Assembly (NCBI GenBank): GCA_036172245.1
Contig: JAYWIR010000007.1
Span: 5,146,001 to 5,210,000, forward strand
From: Raillietiella orientalis
Lineage: Eukaryota
Direction: 5' to 3'
DNA length: 64,000 bases
The translations under genes and the position numbers were made by a program. A model generated the notes under the pieces. It ran no database searches. It was not told the DNA's origin and saw nothing but the letters and a program-made list of their open reading frames with translations. Shown here piece by piece: positions 1 to 13,054 of the stretch (within the stretch, counting starts at the first letter, position 1; every line of letters starts with the position of its first letter).

Positions 1-224
1 GTCAAAAATCAAGCTGGTAAGTTGAAGTTGTGGGAGAAGAATGGAAAAGAAAAAAGAAAAGCACAAAAAAATCAAAAGTCGGCCAGCTCTAATGGACGAC
101 CTCCTTGCAATTGTCCGTAGTCTGTCCCTTTAATTACACTTCTTCACATGTCGAATTTTCTTATTTGTTCTCTTTTTCACTTTTTTTCCTTCCACATCTT
201 TAACTTGTCAGAATTATTTTTTAC
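1..224. repeat. Diverged foldback / inverted repeat (MITE-like), possibly truncated by window start
   Basis: 1-75 gtcaaaaatcaagctggtaagttgaagttgtgggagaag... aligns to the reverse complement of ~150-224, gtaaaaaataattctgacaagttaaagatgtggaagg... Confidence 0.6.
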
Positions 225-3200
225 AGTTCGCTATGCTGTAAGACTCGTCTTGCCATTTCCGGCACTCAATTGATGAAACTTCCTCCGTACATGACGAATT
301 CTATTTTCGGGATTTCGATCTTTCGAAATTATGAATCGACTCCTATCCTTATCCTCCCTCACGCCGATCAGAAATTTAGAGACTGGGTGGAAAGCAGAGG
401 ATTGGAACAGAATCTTCGTGTAGATTCCTCGGAGCGCTCCGATGCTGTTTGGCTTTTCGGATTTTGATCCAGGAAGAGCTCCTAATCAAGACTTATGGAG
501 TCGCGTCCCGCCGCCTCCCACCAGCCGCCCTTCCTTCATTCCGCTCGCTAACCAGAGGCTGTTCCGAAGTCTCGGTTCCTCGGAGACTTCAGCCGGGACG
601 AGAAATCCGGTCCAGAGCTTCGATCGTCATCGCCCACGGGACATAACATTTGCGAGTCGGCGAATCGCCACCACTCCTGAGCTTCCAGAACGCAACGCGC
701 ACCCCCACTGCTACGCAGGTAGCAGTACTTCCTGCGTTCATTAACCTCTCACACCTTTTCCAGTGCACTTTCGGGGAAGTTGAGGTGCGACGGGCAAGAG
801 CGTGTCTGACCTATTTGCGCGAACAAAAGAGCAAGCCGTCGCCCAGTTTCTGCACGGACTTATTCACAGTGAACAGAAATCCCGCGAAAAAGCTCACTCC
901 GGGTCACGGAAACATGGAGGTATGCCGTCGACTGGACAGGGAGGCTGAATGTTGGCGGCAGTCAAATTCCAATTCGCAGAGGAGGGGCTCATGCCACTGC
1001 AAGAGGCGCCGTACCTGGACTCATGAAGGTGCTCAGCAAGACCGTGTAAAGTCCATGATTGAGGCGGGATTCCTCCTCCTTCTGCCTTTCACCTCCCTCC
1101 CCTCCTTATTTCCTCATTCCCTCTCTTACACTCGTTCCTTAAAGGATGAGATCAGAGATGGCCCCAGCGAAATCCTACAAGCAACCCGTCCAGAAGCAGG
1201 TTCCCATTCTCGAGTCGCTCCCGTCCCCGATGGTGTGCAAAAAGGGAGGAGGCATGGCTTGAGCATGAAGCCGCGTCAGTTGCACCTTGCAGCTCCACCT
1301 TCCTTGGAAGGCGCGGTTTCTTCCTTAGAGATAATGAACCTGGTTCCGATCTTCCCTCCAGATCTCTACCCTGGCCATCCTAGCCTGAAATAGCTCTGAG
1401 GCTAGAGGAACACTTCCCCCGTTTGCGCTGCCGTTCGCTCTTTAGTGAGTGTCTTGGAGCACAGTGAGCCAAGGCGCTTCTCTCCGGTTCTCTGCTAGCA
1501 CTTTTTTTTTTTTTGACGCAGAACGGCTCTAGTGGAAGTAGATTTGAGCTCGCGAGGAGAGCACTCCAAAGGCAGACGTCCTTTTTCTCTCTAGCTGAGA
1601 TCGCTGCTTGGGCGCTAGAAGCTGGACCCCGGAGGTCTCCCACGAGTGCCTCAGGAAGCTCTCGGGTCCCAAGAGTTTGTCCTCGAGGAACGCGTTCTGA
1701 CATGCTAGCTCCAGGTACCCAGAAAGATGCCGAAGCTCCGAACCGTTCCGTAGCATTTGTAAAGTCCTCAAGGTTCCCTTCCTCCATTGCCACAGGGCTT
1801 CGTCGAATTCCAAGAGCCATCTTCCACTCGTGGTCCACTGTAGGGGCAAGCGAGGGTTTGGAAGAGGATGTAATTCGCCTAGATGCATCCAGCTGAGGAA
1901 AAGGAGAGGAAACAGAGGCGTTTCCGTGCGTCATGCTGGTTGGTGATCGAATAGGGCTATGACTGCGAAGAGCGACCCTTCTTCAGAGTAGGAAAGACCG
2001 AGGTGTCCAACCTGTGTAGATGAAAAGAGAACAGCTCTTCTCCGGCCTCCTGTCGTCTCGCGAAACTGCCTTGTATGCCTCAGGAACGGAATGGGCACAG
2101 TCCTGCTCCGTACCTAGGGCAACATTCTGATCGCTCCCCAGAGAGGTCGAGTAGGTCTCCTTTCCCTTCTTCCTTGCAGACACTTTTCCGAGTTCGCAGC
2201 AGATCTCTCCTGGAGTCTACTTAGAACCTCCATTCTACCTCTTCTGGGGGAGAGCGGGAGCAAGAAGGAGTTTTCCGGGAAGAGAAAGCAGAGCTTCCGG
2301 AAGAGAAGGAGGAGTGGTCTAGTGGGAGGTCAAGAGTCCTGCTCCTTGTGGCATGAGCGGCATCGGTCAGGGAAAGTGACAACTGTCATCGCTCTCCCTA
2401 ACCAGAGTTAGGGTTTAGCGTCATCCTCGAGCATTTGAGACCATAACGCGCGAAGCACATCATTCCCGAAGCTCACTGCATGGGATTGTTTGGGCGTCGT
2501 GCGCCCAGGATCGATTGGAGTCCTGAAGGTATAATTTTGGGGTGGGCGCAGGGACCAATGGCTCGATGGAAAAGTGGAGGCAGAGCATGGTTGCAGAGGT
2601 TGAGAGGCGGAGGGTACACCGGAGTGGTGCTGAGGTTGGACGAGCATCAGGCAGCAGCAAGAGGAGGGAGCTGGCCGCCAATTGTGACTACTGGAGAGCA
2701 ATCGGAACGGGTGCAAGGCAAGGCGTGAAACCGTGAAGAAGGTCGGCAGCAGCAGGTACGCACGCTTCTAGGGAAATCTCGCAACACCGATGGCCTCTGG
2801 TCGAACCTGTTCCCGTGCAAACCCGTCTCGCGAAGGAAGCTCTGCTCCGAGATCACGGAGGAAGGGCGAAAAATAAAGCGGGAGCTGCGGAGCATGAGCT
2901 CGCAGTCTCCTTCATTCATCTCGGCGCGGAAGGCTCTACCCGCAGAGGCTGTTCACTGCCTCTGCCACGCTCAGTGAAGGCATCCTGGATGCCCCTTCGC
3001 GAAAACGAACCAGGTAAGGAGTTCGAAGTCACTTTTTCCGGAACCTCCGTTTCTTGCGCGAGCACCGAAAAATGCCCGGTCGCGCCTCTCCCTGCTGCTG
3101 TAGACGAAAACAGAGGATCAGCAACAGCCGCTTCGTTCCTGAGGTGATTGCAGCATCTGCACAGGAGCAGCACTTCGATCCAGACATCCATTGCGTTCAG

Positions 3201-5282
3201 AAAAGGGCAGCAGAAGACCCAGCAGCAACAGCTTCGCGCTCTGCTGCCTTTGGCAGGTCTCGGCGTGAAAGAGATTTACATGCATCGTCCGTGAGAGTGA
3301 CGAGAGCTGTGTTCCGATGCTGGACAATTAAGAGCCGGCGTCATTTTCCATCGCAGGAACAAGACCTGTCGAGCAACCGGCAGCAGTATCACGTAGCCTC
3401 CCGCATAGCCCGGAGGCGTCTTTTTTTGCGAGCGCATGCGGCTTTTCGTCGTTGTTTTTTCTATGCTGCAGGGCTGCAACTCTCACGGAATGCGTAACTC
3501 CATCCATTATGCAAGGAGCTTCCACCTGCATAGGGCGATGAGCCGTCGGGAAACGGGAAAATGCTGATGCCTGCGACGCAAAAAAGATGCAGTGTGCGCC
3601 ACCAGGAAGGCGAGGAGGCAGAGAGGAACGGCCGGATTGGCGTGCACAGGCGTTTTTTTCTTCCCTCCCTCCCTCTTTGAGCTCCTCGAGAGTAAAGTGA
3701 AGGGAGGACTGCCAAGAACCTGCTCTGGGACGCTGCCATCAGGCCGGCAGTCGGCAGCCGCGATTTTATCGCTTTGGGTCCGACCTCGCGCGCACTCCTT
3801 GCGACCGAACGTCTCTTCTTCTTCGGGACTCGGCACCTGTCTCCTCTCCTCCTCCTCTTCCTGGCAAGAAGGGACGACAGCAGAAAGGGAGCTCCAACTT
3901 TTCAGGGGAGCTGGATGGTCGTACGGGCGCGTGCCGGTCGGGAAGGCCCTCGGAATTTGGGCGCAGGAGGGATCTGCCATCCTGGGAAGTCGCCAACTGA
4001 CAGCAGCGGAGATGTGAGGGGAAGGGAGAAGAAGGGGAGAGATCGGATAGCCGCTAGATGCTCAGTTGCAAGGGGGGTGGGGGAGGGGAGGGGAGACATA
4101 CCCTGAGTGGATAAACCCAAGTCACTCAGGTCTCTGAGGAACATCCTACGGCTCCCGTTCCACACGAGGAGCAGCCGAGGGGCGAATGAGTTCCAGGCAA
4201 GAGAAAGGGAGGAAGCCTCTCCTACCCTACCCACTCTCAAAGCCGCGGAGGGGTGCTCTCCTGCCGAAATGATCCAGCGGGCGGGCAGGAACCGCTGCTC
4301 GTCTTCGGCACCGTCCGCTAACTCCTCCGCGCCATTAATCAACGCCTCGTTGCCGCCACTCCCTGTCGGGAGGCGAGCCTTCCTCTCCCCGCTGCTCCCT
4401 AATGAGTCTCGATCCTCCTCCCTCAAGGGCAGCTCGGGGAGCGCCGCAATTAGCGGTTGGCGGGGCTGCAGCCCCCGAGAGGGCGCCCTTCTTCCGCGGG
4501 CAGTGCTGCTCACCGCAGGCGCCTTCGCCGCGAGCGCAAGAGGAAAAAAGGAAGCACCTGGGCGCGCGCGTCGAGATGCCCCGCCCGATAAGCCTGGCGT
4601 GCCGGACCCATCCTCGCTCGGAGGCGCGAGCCTCCCTCTCTCATGAGGAGGACGCGCACCCCGGGAGGTGCGTCTCGGGAGGAGGAGGAAAGCCTCTCCC
4701 GACGTCCAGAAGGGCGGCCTGTGTCGGACGGGGCGCAGAAGGGGGGGGGGGGTGCAGCTACATGGCCCGACTCAGGACGAAGGTGAGTCCTTCTCCTGTG
4801 TCTCCTGTGGAACGAGCGCGCGCCTCCCTTTTCCCATCCCCTTCCTTCTCTTCGGCTGGGAGAGCGTGCCCTCCGGTTTTCAGGCAGGCGGCGACAGCCC
4901 TCCCGACGGGACTCGCGCCGTCGCTCAGCGGAGAGCAGTGCTCACGAGTCGGGCAGGTAACCGCTCCTTCCTCTTGGCCACCCCTCACTGGAACGGAAGA
5001 GACCCTTCCGGTGGGGGTGGGAAGGCGAAAGTGAGGAGTCGCTGCTCCCCACTCCTGGCGCCAGGGGGATCGCAGAGGCTCCTTCCCTAGGAGGAGGCGG
5101 AGGCGCCCTGGAATGTGGGGAGGAGAGGGGGTTCTCTCGAATTCCCTCCCTTGCTAGCTTGGGGCGTCATCTCACCCCTGCACTGCGATGGGTCGCCGCT
5201 GCCCGGTTCCGCACATGAGCAGCGAGGGTGCGCAGATCAATCGCGCATGCATCGGTAGCGCGACTCGAACGCGTGTGATGGA

Positions 5283-5312
5283 CCTGTCCGAGTGGGGTGC
5301 CACTCGGACAGG
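5283..5312. other. Perfect 13-bp hairpin
   Basis: cctgtccgagtgg-ggtg-ccactcggacagg. Confidence 0.85.
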
Positions 5313-7104
5313 CGGGTGGACTTGCGACCTTGCGAGGAGCAGCCGTGACGCGCCCCTAGGGCGGGCGCGGTGCAGGACGCGGGCGCACCCATCTCGCTGC
5401 TGATTCGCGAGCGCATCGCACATGGCGCTCGGTGTGCGCACGTAGAACGGTGCGTGTCACCTGGATGCTCATGCAACGTGCAGTGAATGAGCGCTGCATG
5501 CGTGCGCGGCAGCGAAAATGCACGAAGTGAAGCCGTGTAGCCCTGGAAACAAAGTCTCCGCGACTCCAGGGCTGCACTCTGATCTTAGCCAAAAGGCCGA
5601 GAAGGACTGGGGGAAAGCAGCAGTAGCCAGGCGCCTAGTTTGCCGAACCTCCGGGAATCCCCACATCCCTACTCCGGAGAGGGCCATCGCGCAGCCGGTC
5701 AGCTGTGGCTCGAACGCAGTGAGAGGGGATCCCTTGCCTGCCCCCAAGGGAGAGCTCGAAGGCCTGCAGGCAAACCAAGAGCGAGCGATGGGAACGCGCA
5801 GTAGAGGGGTAGTCGGCCCTCCCTCGGGTTCCGGGAGCAGCTCCGCCGCTTCCCTCCGTCTCTGGTAGCAGGAAGTTCTGCTGAACCGCGCAGTTCCGGC
5901 GGCCTCTCCCTTCGGGACGGCGACCCTTTTCGGCTCTCGAGTGCTCGCAGCCTCCCGGCGATCTCTCGCGGACGCCGGGGAGAACCAGAAAGCTGTGCCG
6001 CGCGCGATGGGTGCGGGGCAGACTGCGTTTTCACCTTTGTAGAGCAGTTAGCAACGGGAAGGGGGGGGGGATCCCCGCCCGGTGCATCTCTTTTTGCAGG
6101 CAGGTTGCAAACTTGAGGAACGGAGATGATTAGAACGGAATTGGGCCAGCGGAAAAGTTTCCAAATCGAAATTTTCATAACCAGCTTCCTTTTCTTTTTT
6201 TCATTTTGCTCCCCCCCTCACCGTTTTTTTTTCCCGGTCCCAAACCAATTTTTAAACAGGTTCGTAAGCAAATCTTTATGCTAATTCTCTAAGCAATTAC
6301 GAAAACGAACTTATCGCGTTTTTTTTTTTTTTTTTTTGGCAGTGGATAAACCATGAGAGATTCCTTCGATGAAAGTCGGGAAAGGCTCGGCTCCCGCGCC
6401 GCACTTCACAGTCTCCACGCCGACTCGATTTTCTCCTCGTTCGTCCCTCGGCGGAATCTTTTTCTCCATCCTCGATCTCCCGGAGCTTGCCCCACACCGG
6501 GGTCCGGGAACGAGTCGCGTCCCGGCCGACGAGGGCGGGAGTCGTTCTTCCCGCGACCGACGCGCTCCCGATGCACGCACGCGCTGCCATGGTGAACGAG
6601 CAAACAAACGTCTGTCGCGGCGGCTGCGTGCAAACGACGGGGGGGGGGGGGACTTTTCCCCGCTCGGGCCTACGCCAAGTACTTGCAGTGCGCCGCTCAC
6701 ATGGCGTGAGCATTTGCTACTCGGCGGGCCTCCCCTCCTACCCCCTGCGTGTCGCAAAGGGAAGCAGCGAATCCTGCGGAACCAACTAGCGGCAGCAGCG
6801 TTTGCACATACACCCACGGATGCTGGAGAAGGTAGGAATCCCCCCTTTTCTCATATAGGAGGCCCCACCACGTTCGAAGAAACACGGAAACCTGCCGAGA
6901 TGCCGGTGGTGCGAGGGCCGGCGAGTACGCGCCTCGGTGCCGGAAGGCTCCCGTGTTTCTCAGAAAGTAAATGCTCAGAAAATCGTTTTAGTGGAATCCG
7001 GGAAGGCTCGCCGCTTGAGGTCCTCCGCACCCTTCTCGGGATGCCGGCAAGTTCCAACGGCGCGTTGCCCAGGTGGTCTTCGCGAAAGGTCTCGCCCAGG
7101 TCTC

Positions 7105-7138
7105 GCCGGGATGGAAGGTAAAGACCTTCCATCCCGGC
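7105..7138. other. Perfect 15-bp hairpin
   Basis: gccgggatggaaggt-aaag-accttccatcccggc. Confidence 0.9.
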
Positions 7139-10100
7139 CACTCCCTGCGCCGTTCCAGGCCGCGCCACAATCCCGCGAAGAAGGCAAGCAACCGCTAAGG
7201 GCGCGGCAGGCGGCAGTTCGGCGCGCCCGTTCCAATGTGTCCGTGGAGCTGCCTACTGGGATCCGTGGAGTAGAATTGCTTAACGTTCCCAAACGGACCG
7301 TAGGGCAGTCCACTTCTCCGCGCCTTCTGCGTTCCACACTCAAGCGTGTACGACGGTGGTGCGTGGGGACTCCACGGCGCGAGACCAGCAACGCCGACTC
7401 CCGCCACTTCGAGGGGAGGAGAGCAGCGATCGAGCGAAAGGAGCAGGATGTGATTTCTTTCCACCGATGCAGCTGCGACGCTCCCGACGCAGCCTCCGCT
7501 ACAACGATCGAAGTGAGCGCAGGTTTCCCGATGACCGCCTGCTAGCCAAATGCCGCAAAGACGCCGCCTCTTGCGAAGCGGAGACGTGTGCGCGACTATA
7601 GGCGTGTCTTGTACATGTACGAATCCACGCACCATCCCGGCGGGTCCTCGGGGGGTGGGGGGGGGGGAGGATAAAAAAAAAAACTTGGACTTTTTCCCCC
7701 TCTTTCCCTTTTCGTTCCCTTGGCAGGACGCGTCCCCAGGTCGTTGAATTTGTCGCCCAGGAGTGCCTGGTTGCGCGCATCCGGCGCTGAGAGGAATTCT
7801 CGTCCCATCGGAGGAAGGCGGTCCTAGCAGAAACGAACATCGCTTGACCCCAAGGGGACAGGGATCAGTATTCACCCTCGCACGAGACCGCGTCGGAGGC
7901 CATGTGGTCACGGTCTGAGCACGTGTCACCACCAAGCGGGAAGGCGGGTTCGAATGTTCGGAAAGAATCGATCCCGAGAGATGGGAGGGTGTCGTTGATT
8001 CCGGTTCTTCCCGCTAGATGACGCTGGTCAGTCTGCATTCGGGTGCGGTACTGGTAGCAGTTTAAACCGGATGAGCGGTCGGGATCGCAAGTGGACCCTC
8101 CGGGGTCCTTCCAGGAAACAGAATCAGGGAGTTCCCTTCGGGGTCCCCACGGAGCAGGGTGTTTGATGATTCCTCTCCAGAGTGTGATGAAGCGTGCTGC
8201 TCCCTTCGGGCCACAACCCTTCAGAGAAATCGGGAAGAGTCCCCTTCGGGGTTTTCTTCAGAGGAGGAGGAAATAGGGAACAGTCCTCTTCGGATAGGAC
8301 TTGAGGAGTGGCCTCCACAAGCAGAGGGGTCCCTCCAGAGAGAATAGGGAAGAGATTCTTCCCTTCGGAGACAGCCAGGATGGGGAGTTCCCTTCGGGAA
8401 TGCCTCCCAGGCGTGGGGGGCTCCCAGCGACTGCTTCATCCGGAGCTTCTTCCTTGATTTGAGAAGTGGTCCCCTACCAAGGTGGTTCCTACCTTGTGCG
8501 TAGATGCAGAACGCCCAAGTGCGCGGCCTGGGGTCGGATGCAGCCTCTCCCCGTCCACCTCTTCCCCTTCCTATTGCCCCTCCATCCTCCACCCACTTCA
8601 TCTGCAGCTGAGCGGAGATCCTCAGGATCCTCACCTGTCCTCCGGGTACCTGCGCGCGTCTTCTTGAGGCTCTCACCTCTCAGCACCTCCCGATGGGACA
8701 CCGCCCCCCTCAGGGAAGGGAAGAGGGGGTTCTGGAGGTGGCATTCTGGCTTGTAGAGTTCACGCACTACGAGACCGCCCTTCGGGGCTGCGTCCGGAGC
8801 TCACTCGGAAGTGTACCCTCGAAAGGAGGCACCGTGGACGTCGATGGATGCGAGGCGCCTTGTGCTCCCAAAGGACACTCGCTAAGTCGCCAAGGACCAC
8901 GGAGTCAGGAAGAAGGGAGGGGAAAGTGAGGACACAGGGGCCGGCCGAAGAGCAGATCTGCTGAACGCAGCTCAGAACGCAGCTTCGAACCTCCTCAGCT
9001 ACTTCCAGAATTTTCCTTTTGGCCCGTGAAGCACCCGGAAACCGTCCTCGAGCACCGTCTGCGCCACCTGAGGACGCTTATGACCCTTCAGGTCACGGAA
9101 AGCACCTCAGGAGGCGTGAACCACCTGCGAATCCAGGAAGCCGCCGGAGTCCGCTTCTCGGGAGGCAACCCTCTCCCTGGAAGCTGCTGGGAGAGCCTGA
9201 TGGTATCGTCTGGTCCGCCGAGGGGGAGAGGGGAAGGAAGGTGAACAGGGTGCTGGAAGCGGAGGGGATCGCTCCGCCCAGGGGTGCGGCTCGTTCCCTC
9301 TGTCCCTCCTTCCCGCCGAAGAGGAACGAACTCCTGCGGTCCCAGTTCCCGGCGAAGGGGTACGGCACGATGCAAGGAGAGGAGGGGGGTGCTCCCGGGA
9401 GAGGGAGGAACGGGAGACTTTTCGCCGGTAGACCCCGCCGAGTCACTCGGGGGGGAGCGGTCCGGCACCGACTATCTGCGAAGGCGACCCCGAAGTCGCC
9501 CTGATAGTCTCTGGAGGGAACCTCGGAGGGAGTGGAGCACTCTCCCTTTCCCCTCCGGAGGGAATCTTTGGGAAGGGTCTGCTCCTTGTTTCCTTCTCTG
9601 AAGAGAACCCCGAATGGACGCCTCCCTGAAGGACTCTCCCCGAAGGGAGCAGCGCGCTCCGGGCACCGCGGAGAGACCTCCCTGGGAGGGGAGTGGCCGC
9701 GGTACCAGATAAGGGGCTTCCTCGGAGGGCGGAGGAATGCCTCCTTGAGTCCTCGAAGCACCCCGTGGTTTCAACTTTCAATCCCAGCCAGTGATTGGAG
9801 GCATCCGGTTGCACCGGTGGCCCACCCGGAATCCATGAGCCAACCAGCGTTTCCCTGAGGTGGGGAAGGGGGGACTCGAGCCCCTCGGAGCACCTGTACC
9901 CGTTATCGGGGTCGGCCCTTCCCCGGGTGGGATTCAGACCCGCGAAGACCGGTGCCGCGCCTCGCGGAGGCCTCCAACGGACCTCTCCCAGGTTCATCCT
10001 CCCCAGGTGCAGCCGCTTCCCCGATTGGGGAACCTCCAGCGGGGAGGTCTTGGGAGAGCAGGATACTGGAAGGAAACGCCTGAGAGGAAGAGCGAGGCGA

Positions 10101-12149
10101 AGTCTGGAGCGGGGGCGGCGGCGGGGCTGCTGAAACTCCGCCGGCTCCCTCCCCTTTCCAAAACCAGAAAGCAGAAGGCCAAGCCGAAAAAGCAAAAACA
10201 AAAGCAGCCACCCAGCTTCTTCGATCTCGGTTGCCCAAGAGGGGACGCGGGTGAATCGCCGATGGCGGTTGCGAAAGCGTTCCCAATCCGAGCAGGCGGA
10301 AAGGCGAACCCGGCGGTCGCCAGGCCGGGCGTCCGGCGGCGGCGCAACGGCGCGGGACGGCACCGCGCGCGCCGGGCCAGGTGAACCAGCGAAACTCTCG
10401 GAACGCTCCGGCTGATGTGGCGGAGCTGCGCGTCCGGCCGCGAGGGAGAAGTCCCCCCTTCCGAGCATCTCGTGGAGCCGCTCGGGCGGCATCTCGCGGG
10501 GGTTGCTGCCAGCCTCTGCAGCTGGCGCGCGGACGGGAGATGGGCGCGCCGATGCTCTCACGTGTTTCACAACAATGAACCTCCGCCGCAAAACATCGCA
10601 CCCATGCATCCATTGCCACGGCGACGCGGCGCTGAAGAATTCGTGGAGCGCTTTTGTTTTCTGACCGGCATTCTCCTCGAATTGCCTGTATTTACGTTTT
10701 CATTTTTATTTTATTTTATTTTTTTACCTCTTTGTATTTTCTCCCCCCCCCCGCCTTCCCCCCTACTGGTGCTTCGAGATAGTCCATTTCGATGGGAGAC
10801 ACTTCTTTGAACAGATCGATTCTTATCAACGTCAGATGAAGAAAGGGAAAAAAATTGGCAATGGAGAAGGGGAAAAAAAGAGAGGCACCCGTGAAGAAGA
10901 AAGGCGATCGTAGCGAAACCTCTTTGTCTTCTCCTTCTGGCCCTCTCGCGGTCGAGGCCAGAAGCAAAAGAGGAAGGTTCTTTTCGACTCCGCAGCTGTC
11001 CTTCCTCTCACGGCCGGGCTGCTTCACGGGCTCCCACTACGTCGCGGTCCGCGATACCTCCCTTCGATTCCCATCGCCGCCGGGCCGTCTCACAGAAGCC
11101 CTCCCCGTCGCGGCCGGGCTCCCTCGTTCGGCAGGGTGCCTTCAAGATGGGGTGGGGTGGAGGGCACGGGACCTCCTCCCTCGTCTCCGTCCCTCAGGAA
11201 CCCGACTGCCTGCCTCGCGGCAGCAGAGGACCTCGGCGTCCCCCGGACTGCCACGGAGGAGCAGATTCTGAGATGTCCGCACACTGGGCGGTGGCGGCGG
11301 CGGTTCCATAGTGGCACGTCCCCCTACAACGGGGGATCACGCTGAAAAACGTGCGGTTCCATTCCTCGAGGAGGTTTGGTTGGGGCCGTGGGGCAGCATT
11401 CCTACCTGCTCCCCCTGTGCACTAGCCAGCGCTGCGGCGAGCAGCTCCCATGGCAATGGCATTCTCGGGCCATTGCTGAGTGAGGGAGACCGACAGGAGA
11501 GGGCATTCGCCCGTCTTCTCTCGATCCCTAGAACAGGAAGGAGCAGGGTCAGGATACCTCACTTTTCCCAGGGATTCCCGTCCGGAAGGTTTTCACCCGG
11601 TCGCCCCGGGACGTTCCTTCCATAGAAAGCAACCCGTCGGAACGCGCCGATCCCCAGTGGAAGACAAAGGAAGCTGCGGGGAACGGGGTCCACCGACACA
11701 CAGGGCGGGGCTCCTCCAAAAGTCCGGAACGGGTGCAGGGAGGAAGGATGGCAACAAGAAAAGAAGGCCCAAGGATGAGGGCAGGGATCACCGGGTTCAC
11801 TCCGTGTGCACCGGGATCAACGCAGGAAAAAATCCGAGGAAGCTGCGGAGCGAAAGGGAGTGTGGAAGCGAAGGAAAAAAAACAAGAAAACAAAGGGAGT
11901 CTGGGGTCGAGGGTCACTGGGTCACGACGCTGCTCCTTCCCTCCGGAACCGGCGCCGTATGCCGGCCTTCCTCGCCTTCCTTTTCCGGGAGAGGTCACCT
12001 TGTGGCCGTCCTCACGCAGGCGGCTGCCACCCCGGTGATCTCCCTCCGCTTCGTCGCCGCGTCCGGCGCTTGGCGGGCTGCGACGATGGCACGGAAGCGC
12101 CCGTCGGGAGTCTTCATGGTGCGAAGGACCTCCGCGGCAGGTTGCGGGT

Positions 12150-13054
12150 CTTCCCGGTGCAGGGTCAGCCCCCGTCACGGTTCCCGGAGGACGGCCCCCG
12201 CAGGAAGGAATCCCGTCGCCTGGACACGCGGAGTGGCGGCATCCACCAGCCCGCGCGCCTTGCCGAAAGCTTTCTTCTTCTTCTGCCCGCGACGGTGTAG
12301 CGACACTCGCACCTCTTTGGCTGTCTCCGATCTTCGCTTGCCCTGAGGGCAGGTAAATGCAGCGAGGGACTTGGACCGAGCCCTTGCACGGGTACTCCCC
12401 CTGAAATGGTCGGCAGTCGCCTTCCCAGAAGTCTTCCGCCAGTCCACGAGTGACTCACGGTCCTCATAAGACTCCTTTGCCTTCGGGGCAACCCCCACTT
12501 CCTGCGTAGCAAACGCTCCCGTCGAGCTCCAGGGAACGTCGGGGACAAGGAGGAAGCCCCACTCCGGGCGAACTGAACGCGCCCCGTCCCTCGCGCGTAG
12601 GGTGACGCGAGCTTCCCTCCGCTTCCCTGCCTCTGCGGGTCCCGGATCGCCCTGTGCGGGGACCCTGGTCATCGAGACGAGGCGCTCGGAGGCGATGGGG
12701 GAAATCCAGGAATCGGCAAAGGTGCCCTGCGGGAAAGACGTGGGAAGGGCGCAGAGGCCGCTTCAAGGGAGGGGAGCGTTGGGCTGGGAACTCGTGGAGC
12801 TTCCGGATGCGCGCATCGCCCTACGGCATGGGTCGGGAGGACAGCGGAGGGGGGCAGTTGCGCTGCCGGGCTGCAACAGACGAGCATTCGCGACGGACTC
12901 GCGTTGAGGCGGTCTTTTAGTCCCGGAACGGTCCCGTGCTCCCCTCTGACGTCTGCAGCAGGCATAGCCAGGGGCTGCTGTCGCTTCCCGGCGCCTTCCC
13001 TGCCGCCTACCCTTCCTGGTGCAGGGTCAGCCCCCGTCACGGTTCCCGGAGGAC
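12150..13054 (+). repeat. 43-bp direct repeat, two copies 862 bp apart (12150-12192, 13012-13054)
   Basis: cttcc(c/t)ggtgcagggtcagcccccgtcacggttcccggaggac, 42/43 identical. Confidence 0.95.

Noticed and set aside
1380..2216. Two same-frame minus ORFs separated by one TGA (1983-1985): possible readthrough/selenoprotein
   Set aside because: No recognisable protein motif or SECIS; length is plausible by chance at this GC content.
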